Positions 59,821 to 64,000 of a stretch of DNA of 64,000 nt are shown piece after piece. The first letter of the stretch is position 1; every line of letters starts with the position of its first letter. This stretch comes from Candidatus Saccharimonadota bacterium (GTDB taxonomy: Bacteria; Patescibacteriota; Saccharimonadia; Saccharimonadales; JACDBH01), in NCBI GenBank assembly GCA_013694995.1, contig JACDBH010000004.1:256995-320994 (forward strand), written 5' to 3'. The position numbers and the translations under genes were made by a program. The notes beneath the pieces are model-generated. The model was given only the letters and a program-made list of their open reading frames with translations, ran no database searches and was not told where the DNA came from.

Positions 59821-60728
59821 TATTGATCCTTATTAATAGTGTGTCCGCCGAACTTATTGCGCATAGCCGCTAAAAGTTTGGTCGTAAAACTAGTTTGGCC
59901 TTGCTGGCTGGCTAAACGAACATCAAAAGCAGCCTGGATTGATGGCATTGGAATTTCCATTGTTTTGGCAGTTTCCAGTGCCCAGCGAGCTTCCCCGGAT
60001 TCAGCAACATAGCCTTCGATTTCCTTTAGATCAGGGCTTTCCTTTAAAGCCTCGAGAGATAATTCATTTAACCAAGATGTTATCACGCTGTGATGCTGCC
60101 AGACCTCACCAGCGGCAGCCAGGTCCAAATCTTTATAAGGACCTTCTTTAAGCATTCGATATCCTTCCGCTAAAGATTCCATCATTCCGTATTCAATGGC
60201 ATTGTGGGTCATCTTGACGAAATGCCCGGCTCCACTCGGCCCAAAATGATAATATGCGCCTTCGGGTGCAGTGAGAGTTTTAAAAATTAGTTCAACTGAC
60301 TTAAAGCTTGCCTGGTCACCGCCAGCCATGATAGAAAAACCATTATCATAACCCCAGATCCCGCCGCTAGTACCGGCGTCAAGTAAAGTCGATCCAGCTT
60401 TAGCTACTCTCTCGGCCCTCACACTGGTCAATCGATAATCCGAATTACCTCCGTCAATAAAAATGCTTCCTTTTGGTGCTACCTGCAGCCATTCATCTAT
60501 GTGCATGTAAATAATATCGGCTGGAAGCATAATCCAAACTATGAGTGTTTGGTCATTAAAAGCATTAATAACGTCGGACTTCTCATATGCAGCAACTGCT
60601 CCGTAGCCTACTGCCTCTTCTATTTTGTCGTGGCTGCGGTTATGGGCAATAACTTCATGCCCGCCTTCGCTTAATTTGCGAGCTATCTGCATACCCATTC
60701 GCCCCAGTCCTTGAATTGCAATTTTCAT
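59820..60728 (-). CDS. gnd: 6-phosphogluconate dehydrogenase (short decarboxylating type)
   Basis: GLGRMG, DGGNS, SGG, VKMTHNAIEYG, RNKFGGH. Confidence 0.95.
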   Translation of the reverse strand: MKIAIQGLGRMGMQIARKLSEGGHEVIAHNRSHDKIEEAVGYGAVAAYEKSDVINAFNDQTLIVWIMLPADIIYMHIDEWLQVAPKGSIFIDGGNSDYRLTSVRAERVAKAGSTLLDAGTSGGIWGYDNGFSIMAGGDQASFKSVELIFKTLTAPEGAYYHFGPSGAGHFVKMTHNAIEYGMMESLAEGYRMLKEGPYKDLDLAAAGEVWQHHSVITSWLNELSLEALKESPDLKEIEGYVAESGEARWALETAKTMEIPMPSIQAAFDVRLASQQGQTSFTTKLLAAMRNKFGGHTINKDQ

Positions 60729-61387
60729 ACCGTTTCTCCTATCTGGTCGTTAAAAATATCAGTTTCTGGAATTGAGCGCAAAATCTGAGCTGGCTGTTTG
60801 TTAAGTGGCAAATGCTTATCGCGGAGATTAAGCAGCGCCGGTTTTTTCTCTCGGCCGAATGCACCCAAAAACGCATGGGTGACTTTTTGCAGCGCAACTG
60901 AAGTCAGGGTAATTCTTTGCAGGTCGCCCGCATCATATCCCGCAACAAGCCTTTTACTAAAAACAGCAGGAGACCGAGGTAATATCCCGGCTATATGCCC
61001 ATCGGCTCCGAGGCCAAAAAATGAAATGACAACTTTATGGGTATTAAATAGCTCCTGCATGTAAGTATTTGCGTCCATTACAGTTTCCTGAAAGGATTTT
61101 CCAGTGAGTATATTTTTAAAAACCGCGCCCCGGCTATCAAAACCCGCCTTAATAAGCTGCGTGTAATTTGAATTCTTGTGGCCGGATTTTCCATATCTTT
61201 CGTCTGTTAATGCTATTGTCAGGTTTTTTATATAGGTACGCGGCAGGTCAGTCATGATCCGACTGGCAATTGGTATATTGGATCCGCCGGGGACTAGCCA
61301 TAATACTCTATGCTGTCCAGCAGCTCGCAAGGCGTCGCCCAGAGCAGTTTCTAGCGCAACCGTTCCCTTAACCCGAATAAATCGCAT
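60725..61387 (-). CDS. pgl: 6-phosphogluconolactonase
   Basis: PGGS, DERY, GLGADGHIAG, RITLT; clustered with gnd and zwf. Confidence 0.85.
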   Translation of the reverse strand: MRFIRVKGTVALETALGDALRAAGQHRVLWLVPGGSNIPIASRIMTDLPRTYIKNLTIALTDERYGKSGHKNSNYTQLIKAGFDSRGAVFKNILTGKSFQETVMDANTYMQELFNTHKVVISFFGLGADGHIAGILPRSPAVFSKRLVAGYDAGDLQRITLTSVALQKVTHAFLGAFGREKKPALLNLRDKHLPLNKQPAQILRSIPETDIFNDQIGETV

Positions 61388-61437
61388 ACGTGTATTTTAC
61401 TCCTTTCTGCTATTGCACGTAAGCGTATAATGCAACT

Positions 61438-61836
61438 ATGGCAGGGTATTCCGGTAAACCCCTTATCGATAAGCTGGGCCTGCGATACGGCCAGCTAGTG
61501 TATTTTAGAAACGCCCCAAAAGAGTATTTCTCAGAACTTGGTAAATTGCCGGCAGGAATTTTTGTAGCAAAAAAGTTAAACCGGCCTATGGATTTTATGC
61601 ATTTTTTTTATACTGAAAGTAGAGAATTGCAGAAAGATACGCTTTTATTCAAACAGTATTTAGTTGAAGGCGGAATCCTGTGGGTCAGTTGGCCGAAAAA
61701 AGCTAGCAATGTAAAAACCGACATTAGTGAACAAACATTGCGCGATATCTTACTACCACACAATTTAATAGATATCAAAGTAGTGGCCATTTCCGATGTT
61801 TGGAGCGGCTTAAAGTTTGTCTGGCGCAAGAGCTAA
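61438..61836 (+). CDS. DUF3052-like protein
   Basis: MAGYSGKPLIDKLG, LWVSWPKKAS, DIKVVAISDVWSGLKF. Confidence 0.8.
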   Translation: MAGYSGKPLIDKLGLRYGQLVYFRNAPKEYFSELGKLPAGIFVAKKLNRPMDFMHFFYTESRELQKDTLLFKQYLVEGGILWVSWPKKASNVKTDISEQTLRDILLPHNLIDIKVVAISDVWSGLKFVWRKS

Positions 61837-63224
61837 ACGTCTCTAACGTTACCAAATGCAATACGGTCGATAATTTCTCCCTGCATATCTAGCATGGTTG
61901 CTGGAGTAATGACAAATTCGCCGTAACGGTTGTTAATCTCGTCAACTGCATCGGAAATGTGGCGTTCGGCCGCAAAACTGCGTTCGTTATTTAGTAGGCT
62001 CAGCTGTTCCGGGTCAGCTGGAGCAAGATCAAAGGTGGTGATGCTCATACCCCGGACTTTGCTATATAGCTCCGCCCGAGCCAGTATACTTTTTGCAGCT
62101 CTATATACGCTCTCTGTGCTATACAGCCGGTAACCGACTTTCTCGCCATGGTGCCAGGCTGTTTTACTTTTTAAATTTTCACCACCTATAAAGCCGTTAT
62201 CCTTGTGGCCGTATTCCTGGTAGCTCATAAAGCTAAAGTACAGGTGTATTCCCCCAGCCGTCAGGCCTTCTTTTCGTAGTCTACGCCCAACCTTTTCGCA
62301 CAATTTCATCAGTAACCGTGCCAACTCATCACGATCAGCAGTTTTATGAGGCAGGGCATACTGATGGCCGATCTGGCCGCGTCTGCTCTCGAATTTATCA
62401 ATCTCATATCCGCGCAGCCTGAGGTACCAGTAATAGCCCACGATGCTCTTAAACACTACCTTTTCTAAAACCCTTCGTTCGGCGTGCAAGAAATCGAGTG
62501 GCGTCATAATGCCGTATTCCTGCAACCGGCGGCGGTAACGGACATTAATGCCCGGCAAATCCGTAATATCCATACCGTAGTATGTTTGCTCTAGGTTAGT
62601 ATGATCAATCCGCCGCATACCATCTGGCTTACCAAAGCCAGCCGCAAACTTAGCTAAAAAGCGGTTGGGTCCAATGCCAACGTTTACGGTCACGGCTTCG
62701 CCCAGGCGTTCGCGAATCTTGTCTTTAATTTCACGACCAATTTCTTCCATAGCCATACCCACCACCTCACCCTTACTTTGTTTCCAAGACCTGGTCTTGG
62801 AAATGGAGGGATTATGTTGTAGTTGCATTTTTTCGACGTAGTGGCGTAGGACAGGAGAGTTGTTAAGATTAAGGACGAACTCGTCGATACTTTTGGGCAC
62901 TACCTCACTGGTATATTCCAGCATTAGTTCTTTAAAGCGAAGATGTGCCTCGCGGTATTTGCTTGGATCTGGCGTCAAAATAATAATGCCCGGGCACATC
63001 TGTCGCGCTTCCTGAACGTTTACGCCCAGTTTTACACCCAAACGCTTGGCTTCATAGCTTGCCGCCAGCACAAAACCACGTGGGGTAGCATAAGCCGCCA
63101 CGCCCACCAGCTTGCCGCGCAACAAACGATTACCCTGCTGCTCAATAATCGCAAAACAGGAATTAAGGTCAATATGCATAACCTGCGGCTCAGCAGTGCT
63201 AATCGGCAAATCGGGTGGTTTCAT
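61833..63224 (-). CDS. Y-family DNA polymerase (DinB/UmuC superfamily), catalytic residues intact
   Basis: HIDLNSCFA, ASYEAK, SIDE, AKFA..KPDG, QLSLL clamp motif, C-terminal VDEINNRYG. Confidence 0.92.
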   Translation of the reverse strand: MKPPDLPISTAEPQVMHIDLNSCFAIIEQQGNRLLRGKLVGVAAYATPRGFVLAASYEAKRLGVKLGVNVQEARQMCPGIIILTPDPSKYREAHLRFKELMLEYTSEVVPKSIDEFVLNLNNSPVLRHYVEKMQLQHNPSISKTRSWKQSKGEVVGMAMEEIGREIKDKIRERLGEAVTVNVGIGPNRFLAKFAAGFGKPDGMRRIDHTNLEQTYYGMDITDLPGINVRYRRRLQEYGIMTPLDFLHAERRVLEKVVFKSIVGYYWYLRLRGYEIDKFESRRGQIGHQYALPHKTADRDELARLLMKLCEKVGRRLRKEGLTAGGIHLYFSFMSYQEYGHKDNGFIGGENLKSKTAWHHGEKVGYRLYSTESVYRAAKSILARAELYSKVRGMSITTFDLAPADPEQLSLLNNERSFAAERHISDAVDEINNRYGEFVITPATMLDMQGEIIDRIAFGNVRDV

Positions 63225-63229
63225 ATTAG

Positions 63230-63394
63230 CTACAAAGACTGCCGAGCATGCGTTATTAGCTCATTAAGGTACAGAACCGGCTGCGAAGAGGCTTGATATG
63301 CTTGAGCCAGCCGCTGCTCAGCTAGCTCCTGCCGCATAGCGGCAAGGATTTTCCGGACTTCCTCGCGCTGCTTGCGTTTACGTCGGTTTCTCAT
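63230..63394 (-). CDS. Small basic helical protein (54 aa) in the polymerase operon
   Basis: ATGA overlap with the upstream stop, GGAGG SD; MRNRRKRKQREEVRKILAAMRQELAEQRL. Confidence 0.55.
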   Translation of the reverse strand: MRNRRKRKQREEVRKILAAMRQELAEQRLAQAYQASSQPVLYLNELITHARQSL

Positions 63395-63684
63395 GCTTCT
63401 ATCCTCCTGTACTCGATGGCCATATCCTGGGCTGTCATATATTCTTCCAGCACCCACTGCAGACTATCCGTGTTCAAGGCAAGCTTAAAGTACACCCCGC
63501 CACCTTTATCGGCTATAGAAAAGTGATGGATCTGGTGCTTGCCACTCCACGTCTTGTGCCAAAAGTCGATTTTGCCCAAATGGTAATCCTGATTATTCCA
63601 AGTTAGAATATGCGGTTGCATATGACGGAGTTTGGCATTGTAATACCACACAATGCTCACAGGCTCCTCAAGTGACTCCCTCAT
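63391..63684 (-). CDS. Small beta-rich protein, paralog B, upstream of the Y polymerase
   Basis: P..LTWN..DY.LG...FW...IHHF...F.L.L.T..L.W.L pattern shared with its neighbour. Confidence 0.8.
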   Translation of the reverse strand: MRESLEEPVSIVWYYNAKLRHMQPHILTWNNQDYHLGKIDFWHKTWSGKHQIHHFSIADKGGGVYFKLALNTDSLQWVLEEYMTAQDMAIEYRRIEA

Positions 63685-63998
63685 GATGTCACCCCCAAGA
63701 ACTGGCGGCCCAGCCCAAAACCATTAGAAGTTGTCTTAGTGGCTTTATCTAAACTCCAGGTTAAGTTTTCGGTTTCTAAAGAAAGCTCAAAGGTATAGTC
63801 GCCATTTGCATCACCAACACAGTAGTGGTGGATTAGGGTGCCATTGCGGCGCTCGGCGTACCAGAACTGCACGCCGCCCAAAGGATAATCTTCATCGTTC
63901 CAAGTCAAACACACAGGCCGGGCATACTGGTCACGGCCATTGAAAGAAAATAACACATCGACTAGGGTTTTGTTTTCAAAAGAGAGATTATTACGCAT
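63681..63998 (-). CDS. Small beta-rich protein, paralog A
   Basis: Same pattern; its TGA overlaps the ATG of paralog B; true start could lie beyond the window edge. Confidence 0.75.
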   Translation of the reverse strand: MRNNLSFENKTLVDVLFSFNGRDQYARPVCLTWNDEDYPLGGVQFWYAERRNGTLIHHYCVGDANGDYTFELSLETENLTWSLDKATKTTSNGFGLGRQFLGVTS

Positions 63999-64000
63999 AT

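Noticed and set aside
82..63998. Alternative genetic code (TGA = Gly, as in Gracilibacteria/Absconditabacteria)
   Set aside because: TGA ends radA, tig and infA at their expected C-termini, and conserved genes have no internal TGA.
63998..64000. SOS/LexA operator for the Y-polymerase cassette
   Set aside because: The promoter region lies outside the window and cannot be assessed.

Overview
This is core chromosome of a Patescibacteria (CPR) bacterium, most likely Saccharibacteria (TM7). The assignment is inferred from the absence of rpmD (L30) between rpsE and rplO, the compact gene set and protein style; TGA is used as stop. Gene order: clpC, radA, a class A PBP, tyrS, recG, rsmD, tRNA-Leu, hisS, tig, clpP, rpoBC, the str/S10/spc/alpha ribosomal clusters (interrupted by orphan ORFs), trpS, an RluA-family synthase, holB, three more tRNAs, rpmG, a GT4-GH57-GH15 glucan operon, pgl-gnd-zwf, and a four-gene Y-family polymerase cassette at the right edge. 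Main observations: (1) EF-G has NKIN instead of NKxD and a rewritten G5 loop. (2) RNA polymerase beta' lacks both Cys4 zinc sites, and L33, L36, S4, S14 and HolB are also Zn-free. (3) A complete leader-peptide attenuator lies upstream of an orphan gene and trpS. (4) A translationally coupled Y-polymerase cassette carries two paralogous small beta-proteins. (5) Many genes have leaderless promoter geometry. (6) A 1.1 kb islet sits at the 3' end of tRNA-Tyr. (7) Two inverted heptamer-repeat elements occur, one carrying an ORF that bridges rpoA and rplQ. (8) Several operons have structured 5' leaders. No CRISPR array, rRNA, transposase or integrase was seen. All calls are by eye from motifs; no searches or folding were run.
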